The position numbers and the translations under genes are program-made. This document shows, one piece after another, positions 31,179-41,863 of a DNA stretch of 64,000 nt. The stretch spans positions 408 through 64,407 of the forward strand of contig JAFGIK010000086.1 of assembly GCA_016929645.1 (NCBI GenBank). Reading direction: 5' to 3'. Every line of letters begins with the position of its first letter. Positions within the stretch are counted from its first letter, which is position 1. This DNA is from Candidatus Dojkabacteria bacterium. Its GTDB lineage: Bacteria; Patescibacteriota; Dojkabacteria; SC72; JAFGCJ01. The notes beneath the pieces were generated by a model. The model ran no database searches, had not been told where the DNA came from, and saw only the letters and a list, made by a program, of their open reading frames with translations.

Positions 31179-32543
31179 TTACTTTACGATATTCCAAACA
31201 GGTCCAGTTGCTGTATCTTCCAAGGTAACACCCAAATTCTCAATCTCTCCTCTTAATTTATCTGCCATATCCCAATCCTTGTTTGATCTAGCTTCTTCAC
31301 GTTCTCGAACCAATTGTTCAATTTTTTCCGTCAAATCATCACTAATTTTGTGATCAGATTGTGTGAATTCCTTTAGATTGAAAGCAAATACCTTGTCAAA
31401 ATCCAAAATCGTCGCAAGCTTATTTTTACTGGAAATATCTTTTGACTTTACAACCGCCCAAAGAATTGCAACTGCCTGAGGAGTATTAAAATCTTCGCTA
31501 AGCTTTTCTTCAAACTGAGCCTTCATGTCAGGATCTACTTCACCAAGCTTTCCTTTAACCTCAATCCAAAGTTTCGTAACATAGTTTCTCAATCTTTGAA
31601 GTGCTTTTTGAGCTGGCTCAAGTACAGATTTATCATAATTGATCTCGCTTCGATAATGAACAGTAGCCCTCCAGTACCTTATAACCATTGGATCATAATC
31701 TTTAAGCATATCAGGAATAATAACAAAGTTGTGATTTGATTTACCCATTTTTTTTCCATTAACATTTAGAAGTCCCGCATGCATCCACCAATTCACAAAC
31801 TTCTTGTCATTTGCTGCTTCCGACTGGGCAATTTCATTCTCGTGATGTGGAAATCTCAAATCTAAAGCTCCTCCATGTATATCAAATGGCTGTCCAAGAT
31901 ATTTTTCAGACATGACAGAACACTCAATATGCCAACCTGGTCTACCTTGCCCCCATGGGCTTTCCCAAGAAGGTTCGCCTTCTTTTGCTTTTTTCCACAA
32001 CGCAAAATCAGCAACACTATCTTTATCATATTTATCAGTATCAACCCGCTGACCAGTTACACCCTCATCAAATTTTATTCCAGAAAGCTTTCCATAATTT
32101 TCAAATTTTGAGACTCTGTAATATACTCCATCCGCTGTTTCATAAGCATAACCTTTCTTTTCAAGGCGAGAAACCATATCAACAATCTCTTTAATGTGAT
32201 CAGTAACTCGTGGATAAACATCAGCAGGCATAATATTAAGAGCATCAAGATCCTTCATATATTGTTTAATATTAGTATCAGCTAATTCAAAGATTGTAAT
32301 ACCCTGATGATTTGCCTCCTTTATCATATCGTCGTGTACATCAGTAAGATTTACAACATACTTTACTTCGTATCCAAGATAAATAAATGCCCTACGAATA
32401 ATATCAAACGTAATATACGTACTTGCATGACCAAGATGACTTGGACCATAAACTGTAGGTCCACACACATACATATTTACTTTGTTTTCATTAATAGGTG
32501 TAAATTCATCAACAGACCGAGTAAGTGTGTTATATATTTTCAT
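31179..32543 (-). CDS. cysS: cysteinyl-tRNA synthetase
   Basis: HIGH-class motif CGPTVYGPSHLGHASTY, KMGKS (KMSKS) motif, Zn-binding Cys residues. Confidence 0.93.
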   Translation of the reverse strand: MKIYNTLTRSVDEFTPINENKVNMYVCGPTVYGPSHLGHASTYITFDIIRRAFIYLGYEVKYVVNLTDVHDDMIKEANHQGITIFELADTNIKQYMKDLDALNIMPADVYPRVTDHIKEIVDMVSRLEKKGYAYETADGVYYRVSKFENYGKLSGIKFDEGVTGQRVDTDKYDKDSVADFALWKKAKEGEPSWESPWGQGRPGWHIECSVMSEKYLGQPFDIHGGALDLRFPHHENEIAQSEAANDKKFVNWWMHAGLLNVNGKKMGKSNHNFVIIPDMLKDYDPMVIRYWRATVHYRSEINYDKSVLEPAQKALQRLRNYVTKLWIEVKGKLGEVDPDMKAQFEEKLSEDFNTPQAVAILWAVVKSKDISSKNKLATILDFDKVFAFNLKEFTQSDHKISDDLTEKIEQLVREREEARSNKDWDMADKLRGEIENLGVTLEDTATGPVWNIVK

Positions 32544-32608
32544 AATAGGAATATTATATACCGAGGGAAAAGGATTAACAAACTAAAAAGCTGTCATGAC
32601 TAATAGAA

Positions 32609-33220
32609 CTATTGAGAAATAAATCCCTGAAGATTTCCGTCTTCATCAAATGGTAATCTTAATTTTCTTGAATTAGAAGTACCATTATTATACTGCCCCA
32701 CAATACCATTAATATATGCTGCTTTAGATTGATCTAATTGAGGGTCATCGACTGAATGGAACTCTCCCGCACTATCTTTAATTGTGACTTGTAATCGAGT
32801 TTCATTTCTAATTCGTATCCCATCGAAATCCAAACTCGTAAGCTTGCCCGATTGAATTCTGAATACTAAGGTCTCGCCAGATTTAGGATCAGGGATTTCA
32901 CAAGAAAATCCCTGAACTTGTTGTGCCTGGATTCGATCTTGTTCGTCATAGAATTCATGAGGGGCAGATTCTTGAGTCTTAATCTGTACTCCGCGAACTA
33001 ATTCGAAATTTTGTGATCTTAAATCTGTACCGCCTGAGGCTTTTGATCCATCAATCCAAAGAGATTCTACTCGGCCTGTAACATCTAGTCCTAATTCGTC
33101 CTTACAAGTAAAAGTAGATATAAAAGATTGCGGTTTATAGATACTTTCGGAACGTAGTACTGGATCATCAATATGAAAAACTGAGGCCGGACCATTTGTT
33201 AAAAGCTCTGAATTAGTCAT
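32609..33220 (-). CDS. hypothetical protein (203 aa)
   Basis: No recognisable motif; no signal peptide. Confidence 0.4.
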   Translation of the reverse strand: MTNSELLTNGPASVFHIDDPVLRSESIYKPQSFISTFTCKDELGLDVTGRVESLWIDGSKASGGTDLRSQNFELVRGVQIKTQESAPHEFYDEQDRIQAQQVQGFSCEIPDPKSGETLVFRIQSGKLTSLDFDGIRIRNETRLQVTIKDSAGEFHSVDDPQLDQSKAAYINGIVGQYNNGTSNSRKLRLPFDEDGNLQGFISQ

Positions 33221-33254
33221 TTGTTAGATTTTTAATAAAATTGTTGGTTTTTAA

Positions 33255-35252
33255 TTATATTATTTCTACTCTCACTGCAATATTTTTGTAACACGGCGTC
33301 CCACTTTCAGGATCAAGAACCCTTGGCGTCAACTTATTTACAAGTATTTTATCATAATGATAAGGTGCTACAATCACACGTTTCTCAACACTAGCGTCCA
33401 ATTTTAACATGACTTCAATCTGCCCCACCTTAGAAACAACTCTGACAACATCTCCATCCACTATCTTTAATATATCAGCATCAATAGGATTCATCACTGC
33501 ATAAGGTTCACCGCTTAATTTCTTCATAGTTTGACTGTTACCAGTGCCTTCACCAGTGCAAAATTGAAATCGCTGTCTTGCTGTTGTAAAAACAAAAGGA
33601 AACTCGCTCATATCTTTGAAATGAGAAATTTCATATTTAATTTTCGGAAGCTTAATATACTTTGGCTGTTTATCTGTCAAAATATCATTTCCTGAAAACA
33701 CTTCATTAAAAGTTAACAAATCGTATCCCGGGACAACGCTTACCATTTCATTAATAATATCAACCACAGAGCCATATCTAAATTCTTCAAAATTCATAAA
33801 CTTTGCAAAGTCAAGAATTATTCGAGTATTAGATTTTGCCTCAGATACATTACACCACTTAGCCTTATAACTCACTTCGTCGCCTATAGAATTTTCACTA
33901 TGCAACAACCCTCGAATTCTGCGCTCTGCATTGGTAATCGAACCAGATTCCTCACTAAGCATCAAGGTTGGAAGAACAACATTTGCATATTTCATGGTCT
34001 CACCTGGATGGTGATGCTGATAAATAACAAATTTATCGAAAAGAGAATCATTAAGAGCGTTTAGATCAGGCATTGATTGACTAGGATTAGACTCCATAAT
34101 CCAAACGAATTTCACATCAGAGTCATACAAGGCCTTTGTAGAAACACTTCCATCATGTGATAAAAATTCCATATTCCATGACTCTGAAGCAATTCGTTCA
34201 TTAGATATATTCCAAAAAGGACTACCACCAACATCTGATGCTCCTTGCACATTAACCTTGCCACGACCAGGGAAAATAATTGCGTCAAGCAATAGCCCAA
34301 GACTTGTTATTGCTTGTACATTCTGCACTCCATTTTCATGTTGAGTCAAACCCATACCAAAACCGACAACTAACTTTTTAGCAGCATTAATATTTGAATA
34401 TAAAATTTCAATATCATCGCGAGAAAAACCAAATGTAGATAATGGGTTGTTATTAGCAACCTCAATGATAGAGTTTACAAAATCCGAATATCCTTCAATC
34501 TTCCCAGCATTTTTGCTTATATCTCCATTCTCGATTAGTTTAATCATAAGATGGCATAACATGGGTATAATTCCTTCAGGTGTAATTTTCAGTTTAACAT
34601 CAGCTATCTGAAAAGTACTACTCGACGCCATATCAACAGAAATGATTTTTGCACCATTGTTCTTTGCCGCAAGTACACGATTAAACATAACTGGATAATC
34701 TTCCATTGGATCTGTTCCTACATAGAGAAAACAATCTCCGTCCAACATATCATCAAAAGTATAGACAGGAATTGCCTGTAAGCCAAAAATTCGATCAAAA
34801 GCTACTGCTGTAGCTGCATGACAAAGCCGTGCACATGAATCAATATTATTTGAAGCAAACCCACTTCGACATAATTTTGACAACAAAAAGTTTGCCTCAT
34901 TAGTTGCCTCACCAGATGCCAGAAAATACACTTTATCTCGAACAGACTTCTTACTACTACCGTATCCAATGTTTTCAAGATTAGCTTTAATAAATGAGAA
35001 CGCATCGTCCCAGGTACAAGATTTAAATTCTTGATTTTTATTTTCTCGTATCATAGGTGTCTGAATTCTATTTTCATATAAAGGCTCATTAGATTTCAGA
35101 CCCTTTACACAAGGTCTTCCCGAACTTATAGTATCCTGCATGTCCGGTAATATTTTTTCTATCGTATTATTATCGGAAAGAATAGCATCAAATCTACAAC
35201 CACACCCACAATATGGACAAAACACCTTGTTCTTAAGTTCAGAAGAATTCAT
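33255..35252 (-). CDS. FdhF-like molybdopterin (bis-MGD) formate dehydrogenase catalytic subunit, Cys-type
   Basis: N-terminal 4Fe-4S ferredoxin-type motif CPYCGCGC...GRPCVKG (C-x2-C-x3-C-x27-C). CARLCHAATAVAF aligns with E. coli FdhF CARVUHGPSVAGL, with Cys replacing SeCys. KIISVDMAS MGD-binding region. C-terminal molybdopterin-binding beta-barrel. Confidence 0.75.
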   Translation of the reverse strand: MNSSELKNKVFCPYCGCGCRFDAILSDNNTIEKILPDMQDTISSGRPCVKGLKSNEPLYENRIQTPMIRENKNQEFKSCTWDDAFSFIKANLENIGYGSSKKSVRDKVYFLASGEATNEANFLLSKLCRSGFASNNIDSCARLCHAATAVAFDRIFGLQAIPVYTFDDMLDGDCFLYVGTDPMEDYPVMFNRVLAAKNNGAKIISVDMASSSTFQIADVKLKITPEGIIPMLCHLMIKLIENGDISKNAGKIEGYSDFVNSIIEVANNNPLSTFGFSRDDIEILYSNINAAKKLVVGFGMGLTQHENGVQNVQAITSLGLLLDAIIFPGRGKVNVQGASDVGGSPFWNISNERIASESWNMEFLSHDGSVSTKALYDSDVKFVWIMESNPSQSMPDLNALNDSLFDKFVIYQHHHPGETMKYANVVLPTLMLSEESGSITNAERRIRGLLHSENSIGDEVSYKAKWCNVSEAKSNTRIILDFAKFMNFEEFRYGSVVDIINEMVSVVPGYDLLTFNEVFSGNDILTDKQPKYIKLPKIKYEISHFKDMSEFPFVFTTARQRFQFCTGEGTGNSQTMKKLSGEPYAVMNPIDADILKIVDGDVVRVVSKVGQIEVMLKLDASVEKRVIVAPYHYDKILVNKLTPRVLDPESGTPCYKNIAVRVEII

Positions 35253-35275
35253 TAACTTTGGCAGTAAATTTAAAA

Positions 35276-35923
35276 TCAGGCATTAGTTCTACCTTCTATT
35301 GCACGCTTAATAGTCAAACGATCAGCATATTCAAGGTCAGCCCCGGTTGGAAGCCCCATTGCTAATCTGGAAATTTTTATTTTGCTATGATCAATTTCAT
35401 TTATTGAAGATAACATATCAATAATATACGATGACGTAGCCTCACCTTCTAAACTTGGATTGGTAGCAATTATTATCTCCAACAACTCTGTATCAGAATT
35501 ATCACTAGCAGAATCAAAATATGAGATAATCCGATTTCTTAGTTGACCCATTCTTAAGTTTTCAGGTCCTATCCCATCAGCAGGAGAAATAACCCCGCCA
35601 AGAACAAAATACAGGCCATCATAGACACCTGAGGCTTCAATGGCCACTACATCAAGAAGCTCTTCAACAACACATACTTTATGCTTGTTTCTCGAGGAAT
35701 CAGAACAAATATCACATGGATTTTTATCTGACACATTAAAACATGTTTTGCAGACAACAATATCCTTTTTCATCTGAACAAGAGCCTTTGCAAGTTCAAC
35801 TGATCGCTCGCTTGGAGCTCGAAGGAAAAAGTATGCCATCCTGGCAGCAGATTTAGGACCAACTCCAGGTAGCTTTTCGAATTCAGAAATTACTTTTCGC
35901 ACACAAGATGGTAATACAGCCAT
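35276..35923 (-). CDS. recR: recombination protein RecR
   Basis: HhH (KLPGVGPKSAARMAYFFL), C4 zinc finger (CKTCFNVSDKNPCDIC), Toprim domain. Confidence 0.92.
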   Translation of the reverse strand: MAVLPSCVRKVISEFEKLPGVGPKSAARMAYFFLRAPSERSVELAKALVQMKKDIVVCKTCFNVSDKNPCDICSDSSRNKHKVCVVEELLDVVAIEASGVYDGLYFVLGGVISPADGIGPENLRMGQLRNRIISYFDSASDNSDTELLEIIIATNPSLEGEATSSYIIDMLSSINEIDHSKIKISRLAMGLPTGADLEYADRLTIKRAIEGRTNA

Positions 35924-35949
35924 AAAAATATTCTAAAAACTCAGAAAAA

Positions 35950-36255
35950 TTAAGACCCAAGCATATTTCTAATAGAACCAAGATCTATATCCTTCATCAT
36001 TTGTTTTTGAAGTTTTTTCTGAAAATCCTTATATGCTTCTTTAAAAGCCTCAACCAAAACAGAATTCATTTCAGGATTAAGAAGTTCTTCCTCAATAGTC
36101 AAATTCTCTAATTCCTGCGCACCATTAAAATATAATCTGACCTGACCTTTTCGAGATTCCCCTGTAACTTTGATAAGTTTCATCTTATCCTTCATTTTCT
36201 TTGCCTCTCGTTGCATATTATACAAATCTTTCATTTGATTAAATACATTTGCCAT
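35950..36255 (-). CDS. ybaB: nucleoid-associated protein YbaB/EbfC
   Basis: 101 aa, MANVFNQMKDLYNMQREAKKM... family signature; located between dnaX and recR. Confidence 0.88.
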   Translation of the reverse strand: MANVFNQMKDLYNMQREAKKMKDKMKLIKVTGESRKGQVRLYFNGAQELENLTIEEELLNPEMNSVLVEAFKEAYKDFQKKLQKQMMKDIDLGSIRNMLGS

Positions 36256-36493
36256 TTTTTTATTAAAAAAAATTTAACTATTAACTCAAAACATATTTAT
36301 TAGTAGATACAAACATCACAATTATACAACACAAAAACAGAAAAAATACATCCAGTTAATTTATGATGAAAAGACAAGAGATACTGCAGATATTTATCGT
36401 ACTCTTTCAAAAGTTCAAACCGAAGTAAAACAGGAAGTTTGATTACTTAGATTATAAATAAAGTCCAATATTGAAATATAGTTTTGATTAGTA

Positions 36494-38221
36494 TTACAGA
36501 CCTACAATATCTTCACCAAAGACTTCGGTCACATTATCATATACATTCACAGAGTCTGTACCGTTAATACTTGAAGATACGAGATCAGATCCTGTTGATA
36601 TTTCTCCTTCAGGATCAACAACAACTATCCCATCTGCAGTTTTTACATTATTTCGGACAGCCGAATCCACCTCGCAAGTGACAGTTAAAGCATGTCCGAA
36701 TAAATCATTAAAAACCTTAGCAAGAATATCTTTGCTTTTAGGACACTCAAGTCGATCTTTGTGAAAGTCAAAACCCACAGCACAATGTAGAATATTCCCA
36801 TCAACATCAAGCAATTTAGCTCTTCCAAAAAAAGCATATAAATGGCTGTTATATTTTTTTAATTCCTTTAGAATAAGTGGCCATTTCTCATTAATTAATT
36901 CTGTCGTAATATCTAAATCCTTTGCTCTTGATTTAATAACGACACTGGATTCATCAACAACACTAATTTCTGATTTTTCTACATTTTCTTTATTCAAATC
37001 TTTATTATCATACGAACCCTTTGAATCAGGATTTTTTGTGTCTCGTACTTTAGTAGGACCACCACTATCACCATCATCCCCAGAAGAAGAACCGGCCGAG
37101 GATTTATTTACACCAAGATTATCAGTATTTTTAAAAACATCAATTGAATCAGCAACAAGCATCTCCAATGGAAGCGTTGGAATAATTGAATCCTTAACTG
37201 CACGCTCAGCAGAAACAAATAAATTAATTAATTGTAGAGTTGATTTTCTATCAAGTTTTTTGGCAAAAGAATATTCATTGAAATCAACACTATTATTTAG
37301 TTCCCCAAGTAAAATTGATCTCAATATTTCAAGATTAAGTTTAATAAATTGATTTAAATTCACACCTTTTTGAGAAATCTCAGAGATAAGTTTTAATGCC
37401 TCTGCGGAATCACAGTTAATTACCTTCTCTAGAAAAAAGTAAGCCATTGTACTATCTGCAATTCCTAGAACAATTTTAACCTCATCCTCTGAAATATGTT
37501 TTGGATTATCACTGCTCTCCTGACCACTGATAACAACATCAAGTAATGACAATACGTCACGATAACTACCCTTTGCATTGTTTACAAGCAAAGCAATTGC
37601 AGCATCTTCAATCTCAACATTTTCACTTTTAGTAACATTTTTTATCAAGGACATAAGCTCTTCGTCCGTAGCAAGTTGGAAATCAAATCGTTGACACCGT
37701 GAAAGAATTGTTGCAGGAACTTTTTGAATTTCAGTTGTTGCCAAAATAAAAATTGCATGCGCTGGCGGTTCCTCAAGTGTTTTGAGAAGCGCATTAAATG
37801 CCTCATTCGTAAGCATATGAACTTCATCTATTATATAAACTTTATACTTACCTTCAGTGGGAGAAAACTCTATCTTTTCTTTCAAATCACGTATCTGATC
37901 TATACCGCGATTTGAAGCAGCATCAATCTCAATCATATCTAAAAAACGGCCTTCCTGAATAGCAATACATGAATTGCATTTGTTACAAGGGTTGCCATCT
38001 TGCTGAAGCTGGGGGCAGTTGACAGCTTTAGCAAGAATTCTTGCGGTACTTGTTTTTCCAAGACCTCTTGGCCCGTGAAACAAGTATGCATGAGCAACCT
38101 GGCCCTGAGAAACAGCATTTTTCAAAATAGAAGAAATGTGTTCCTGACCAATAAGCTCATCAAATATCTGCGATCTGTATTTTCTATATAAAACTTGAGA
38201 CATATTGGAATCAATATACAT
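36494..38221 (-). CDS. dnaX: DNA polymerase III subunit gamma/tau
   Basis: AAA+ clamp-loader motifs AYLFHGPRGLGKTSTARILAKAVNC, Zn module CNKCNSC, DEVHML box; dnaX-ybaB-recR order. Confidence 0.93.
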   Translation of the reverse strand: MYIDSNMSQVLYRKYRSQIFDELIGQEHISSILKNAVSQGQVAHAYLFHGPRGLGKTSTARILAKAVNCPQLQQDGNPCNKCNSCIAIQEGRFLDMIEIDAASNRGIDQIRDLKEKIEFSPTEGKYKVYIIDEVHMLTNEAFNALLKTLEEPPAHAIFILATTEIQKVPATILSRCQRFDFQLATDEELMSLIKNVTKSENVEIEDAAIALLVNNAKGSYRDVLSLLDVVISGQESSDNPKHISEDEVKIVLGIADSTMAYFFLEKVINCDSAEALKLISEISQKGVNLNQFIKLNLEILRSILLGELNNSVDFNEYSFAKKLDRKSTLQLINLFVSAERAVKDSIIPTLPLEMLVADSIDVFKNTDNLGVNKSSAGSSSGDDGDSGGPTKVRDTKNPDSKGSYDNKDLNKENVEKSEISVVDESSVVIKSRAKDLDITTELINEKWPLILKELKKYNSHLYAFFGRAKLLDVDGNILHCAVGFDFHKDRLECPKSKDILAKVFNDLFGHALTVTCEVDSAVRNNVKTADGIVVVDPEGEISTGSDLVSSSINGTDSVNVYDNVTEVFGEDIVGL

Positions 38222-38287
38222 TGAAGAAACTAGTCGATCAACAGTACAAGAAGATTCATACGAAATAAACCATTTAATAATAAAATC

Positions 38288-38322
38288 ATGCTCTCGTAAT
38301 GAGTCTCTTATTACGAGAGCAT
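38288..38322 (-). terminator. intrinsic terminator downstream of mfd (13-bp stem ATGCTCTCGTAAT/ATTACGAGAGCAT, 9-nt loop, then U-rich tract on the minus strand)
   Basis: Seen directly; the minus-strand transcript continues GAUUUUAUUAUU after the hairpin. Confidence 0.7.
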
Positions 38323-38554
38323 ATATTAACGCTAAGTTACCAAAACATAGAATGAAAATTACGGGTAAATATATTACTCAAACTTAATAACTAAGCTCTT
38401 TTTGAAACATATCTGTAATATTGAGGATTGAGATAGAACCACAAAATCTAAAATATATTGCAACAAGTATAAAAATATAGAAAAACTTTTATATATCTAG
38501 CTCTACTACGAAAGCAATAAAAAAATATCTATGAAAAGAAGACAAAAAAAAAGA

Positions 38555-41230
38555 TTAACCCAATATTGTTGTTTCTTTTTTCTTAAGTTTCTCAACCATT
38601 TCAGATAGAAGTCTACAATAAAGACTAAACCCAATAGCTGAAACATTACCATGTTGCTGTTTTCCAAGAAAACTTCCAGATCCGCGAATCTCCAGATCTT
38701 TTTGTGCAAGATTAAATCCAGACCCGAGATCTTCAAGACTCCTAATCGCATCCAACCTTAATCTTGCCGTCTCCCATAAAATACCTTTTGAAGAGACACC
38801 CCATATATCATCATCATCAAAACCAATAGCATCATCCACTTTTAATTTTTTCTCATCCTTTACTGTCCTATTATCAGCAACACCTTTGTAAAAGAAATAT
38901 GCGTACGCTTGTCGTCGACTCCTCCCAATTCGACCACGTATTTGATAAAGTTGAGATAGTCCAAACATTTCTGCTTTATCAACAATCAACGTATTCACTC
39001 TTGGCATATCCAGACCATTTTCAATAATTGTAGTACAGAAAAGCACATCATATCGACCTTCGTTGAAGTCACGCATAACTTTGGATAATTCACTGTCCGA
39101 AAGCTGCCCATGCCCTACACCAAACTTGATATCTGGCATTTTTCTTTCAAGTATCTGCCGAACATGATTTATTGATTGCACACGATTATGCAGAAAATAT
39201 ACCTGTCCATTACGATCCACCTCGTTTCGTATAGCAGCTTCGGCATCTGCCCAATTAAAATGCTTAACAATATTTTTAATAGGTTTACGGCCAGCTGGAG
39301 CCGTGGCAATAAGAGAAATGTCACGAACGCCAGATAGAGCCATATTTAAAGTTCTTGGAATAGGAGTTGCCGTCATTGTCAACACATGCGTGTTGATTTT
39401 AAATTTTTTAATCTTCTCTTTCTGACTCACACCGAATTTCTGCTCTTCATCAATTACTAAAAGTCCGAGATCGTTAAATTCGATATCTTTAGATAATAAT
39501 CTATGAGTTCCGATCACAATATCGATTTTTTTGTTTTTGATATCTTTAAGAATTTCATTGCTTTCAGTACTTGAGACAAATCTTGATAGAGCAGCAACTT
39601 TAAGTCCAAATTTCTCAAGTCTAGTTTTAAACAAATGATAATGTTGCTCAACAAGAATTGTTGTAGGTGCAAGCACTGCCACTTGTTTACCAAGATAAGC
39701 AATGAGATAGGCCGTCCTTAAAGCAACCTCAGTCTTACCAAAACCGACATCCCCTACAATCAACCTATCCATAGGTTTTGAAGAGCGTAAATCAGCTTTA
39801 ATATCTGCCAAAGCAGAGAGCTGATCATCTGTCTCTACAAATTCAAAATCTTTTGCAACGTCATCAAGAATATTATCGTTGAATTGTAGTCCCTCTGTTT
39901 TTACAAGTTCTCTTGCTGCGTATATTCGAAGTAGCTCAATTGCGAGCTTTTCAACATCCTTTGTTACTTTATTCTTAACACGTAACCATTCTCCTCCACT
40001 GAGTCGTGTTAATTTGGGAGGATTTTTATTAACTCCGACATACTTTGTAATACGGTTAACTTGATCTAGCGGAATCAAAAGCCTGTCTTTCTGAGCATAT
40101 TTGAGCTCAATATATTTATCTGATGACTCATCAAATTGCTTGAGACCAGTATACAAACCTACCCCGTGATCTTCATGAACGACATAATCTCCGGGATTAA
40201 TCTCATTTAAAATAAGATTAGTATATTTACTACTTGTCTTGTTTGTTTTCAAATTAACAGTACCCCATATCTCCTGATCTGTGTAAACAACAGTATTTAG
40301 AGCCTTGGAAAAGAATCCTGAATCAAAATTATCATGAAAAATCTTAACTTTAGGAAAGTTTTTTTTGACGTGTTCAAAAAAATCATCATTTCTTGAAGAA
40401 ACAATAATTACTTCTACCTTTTGATCATTATATTTTCTAAGCTCTGTTTCATTCCAAATTGGTACACCAATATCAGTGTGCACTAGATTAATTGGAATAT
40501 TGATTTCGTCTTCAATTACAGGCTTTTCCGAATACAAAGCAATATCGCAACTAGACGCTTCTGATCCATCGTTTTTTATTTTTTTATTACTTGATTCTAC
40601 TAAATAAATGTTAAAAAAATCTGAAAACTTTGTATTCTCCAAATCCTTATTACCCACATAAATATCCGATCGAATATGAATAGGAAACGAAGTATTCAAA
40701 AGCGAAACTGAGCTAACGGTTGATAATTGACGTCGAGTTTCAGAATCGATCTGATATATTTCATTCAATTTATCAAAATCAAATTCCAAACGATACAATT
40801 TATTTGAGCCAACAGGATTTATAGTCATAACATCACCTATTACAGAAAACTCACCTTCAGTCCAAACTTGTTTCACTCGTACATATGATAATCTCTCTAA
40901 AGTTTTTAAGATTTGGGATAAATCATCACCGCAATTAATGAAATCAGATTTTTTTAACAAATCTAAATCTTTCAAATCAAGAAGCGCTATATCATCAATA
41001 TTGACTCCATTTTTTTTCTGAATCGCTATAATTCTTTTTTGATAAAGTTTATTAATCGACTCATTTATCAGAGCTACCAGATCAGTATTCTTTGTTATCA
41101 CCCAAGGATATTTTTGATTATTTAATGAAAGAATAATACTTTGATAAAGTTTTTCTACCCAAATTTTGTATTCAGGTTTTTTTGAAAAATAACTCCACCA
41201 AGATTTTGTTTTGAACTTTTTTTCTTTCAT
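38555..41230 (-). CDS. mfd: transcription-repair coupling factor Mfd (short form, 891 aa)
   Basis: RNAP-interaction/TRCF motif YVVHEDHGVGLY. SF2 helicase motifs GDVGFGKTEVALR, LVIDEEQKFGV and TATPIPRTL. TRG motif region. Confidence 0.85.
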   Translation of the reverse strand: MKEKKFKTKSWWSYFSKKPEYKIWVEKLYQSIILSLNNQKYPWVITKNTDLVALINESINKLYQKRIIAIQKKNGVNIDDIALLDLKDLDLLKKSDFINCGDDLSQILKTLERLSYVRVKQVWTEGEFSVIGDVMTINPVGSNKLYRLEFDFDKLNEIYQIDSETRRQLSTVSSVSLLNTSFPIHIRSDIYVGNKDLENTKFSDFFNIYLVESSNKKIKNDGSEASSCDIALYSEKPVIEDEINIPINLVHTDIGVPIWNETELRKYNDQKVEVIIVSSRNDDFFEHVKKNFPKVKIFHDNFDSGFFSKALNTVVYTDQEIWGTVNLKTNKTSSKYTNLILNEINPGDYVVHEDHGVGLYTGLKQFDESSDKYIELKYAQKDRLLIPLDQVNRITKYVGVNKNPPKLTRLSGGEWLRVKNKVTKDVEKLAIELLRIYAARELVKTEGLQFNDNILDDVAKDFEFVETDDQLSALADIKADLRSSKPMDRLIVGDVGFGKTEVALRTAYLIAYLGKQVAVLAPTTILVEQHYHLFKTRLEKFGLKVAALSRFVSSTESNEILKDIKNKKIDIVIGTHRLLSKDIEFNDLGLLVIDEEQKFGVSQKEKIKKFKINTHVLTMTATPIPRTLNMALSGVRDISLIATAPAGRKPIKNIVKHFNWADAEAAIRNEVDRNGQVYFLHNRVQSINHVRQILERKMPDIKFGVGHGQLSDSELSKVMRDFNEGRYDVLFCTTIIENGLDMPRVNTLIVDKAEMFGLSQLYQIRGRIGRSRRQAYAYFFYKGVADNRTVKDEKKLKVDDAIGFDDDDIWGVSSKGILWETARLRLDAIRSLEDLGSGFNLAQKDLEIRGSGSFLGKQQHGNVSAIGFSLYCRLLSEMVEKLKKKETTILG

Positions 41231-41297
41231 ATAGAAAAAGTTTTTATGGATTAATCAAACAAGGATAATTGTAAAAGATGGCTATACTTACGACCCT

Positions 41298-41861
41298 TTA
41301 AAATTCTACTATCTCTCGAAGAGATTTTATCGCTTCTCCAATTACTTTATGTAGAACAGCTAATTCTTCCTCGCTAAATTTTGATAAAACATAAGCATCA
41401 CCAGGAATCGTCCTATCTCCAAGTCTTGAATCAACACCTAATCTTACTCTAAAAAACTCCTTTTTCAAGAGCTTTAATTCTACATCATTAACACCATTAT
41501 GTTTTTTGGGTGCAACAGACCTCTGGATCTTGAATTTCCCAAGCTCAAGATCAAGATCATCATGAACAAGAATAAAATCTTTATCAGCATCAATATTAAA
41601 ATAGCTGACAAGACGAAGTGCAGCAAGACCACTCCTATTCATCAAAGTGGAGGGTTTCGCCAGAATAATTCGGGAGGATTCACCGGATTTAGCTTCGCAG
41701 ATCTCTGATAAATACTTCTCATCATATTTCCAATCTTTAACATCATGAAGTGTATCATTACCAAGAAAATTACGAAGCTCATTAACAAAAAGAAATCCTG
41801 CATTATGTCTAGTGTTTTCATATTTTTGTCCTATATTTCCAAGACCTAGAATTATTTTCAT
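41298..41861 (-). CDS. pth: peptidyl-tRNA hydrolase
   Basis: MKIILGLGNIGQKYENTRHNAGF signature. Confidence 0.92.
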   Translation of the reverse strand: MKIILGLGNIGQKYENTRHNAGFLFVNELRNFLGNDTLHDVKDWKYDEKYLSEICEAKSGESSRIILAKPSTLMNRSGLAALRLVSYFNIDADKDFILVHDDLDLELGKFKIQRSVAPKKHNGVNDVELKLLKKEFFRVRLGVDSRLGDRTIPGDAYVLSKFSEEELAVLHKVIGEAIKSLREIVEF

Positions 41862-41863
41862 AA

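Noticed and set aside
32609-33220. Possible sortase (TFTC resembles the sortase TLxTC active-site motif) that could process the LPNTG/LARTG proteins
   Set aside because: The Cys lies only about 39 residues from the N-terminus with no upstream catalytic His region or TM anchor, and the overall length and pattern do not fit a sortase fold
38222-38554. SRP RNA (ffs) expected upstream of dnaX by synteny with Firmicutes
   Set aside because: Only an mfd terminator hairpin was found; no SRP domain IV consensus (GGAAGCAGCC-type) is visible
38555-41230. Mfd truncated relative to the about 1150-aa E. coli protein as a potential anomaly
   Set aside because: The RID, translocase and TRG motifs are intact; a shortened UvrB-homology N-terminus is common in reduced genomes
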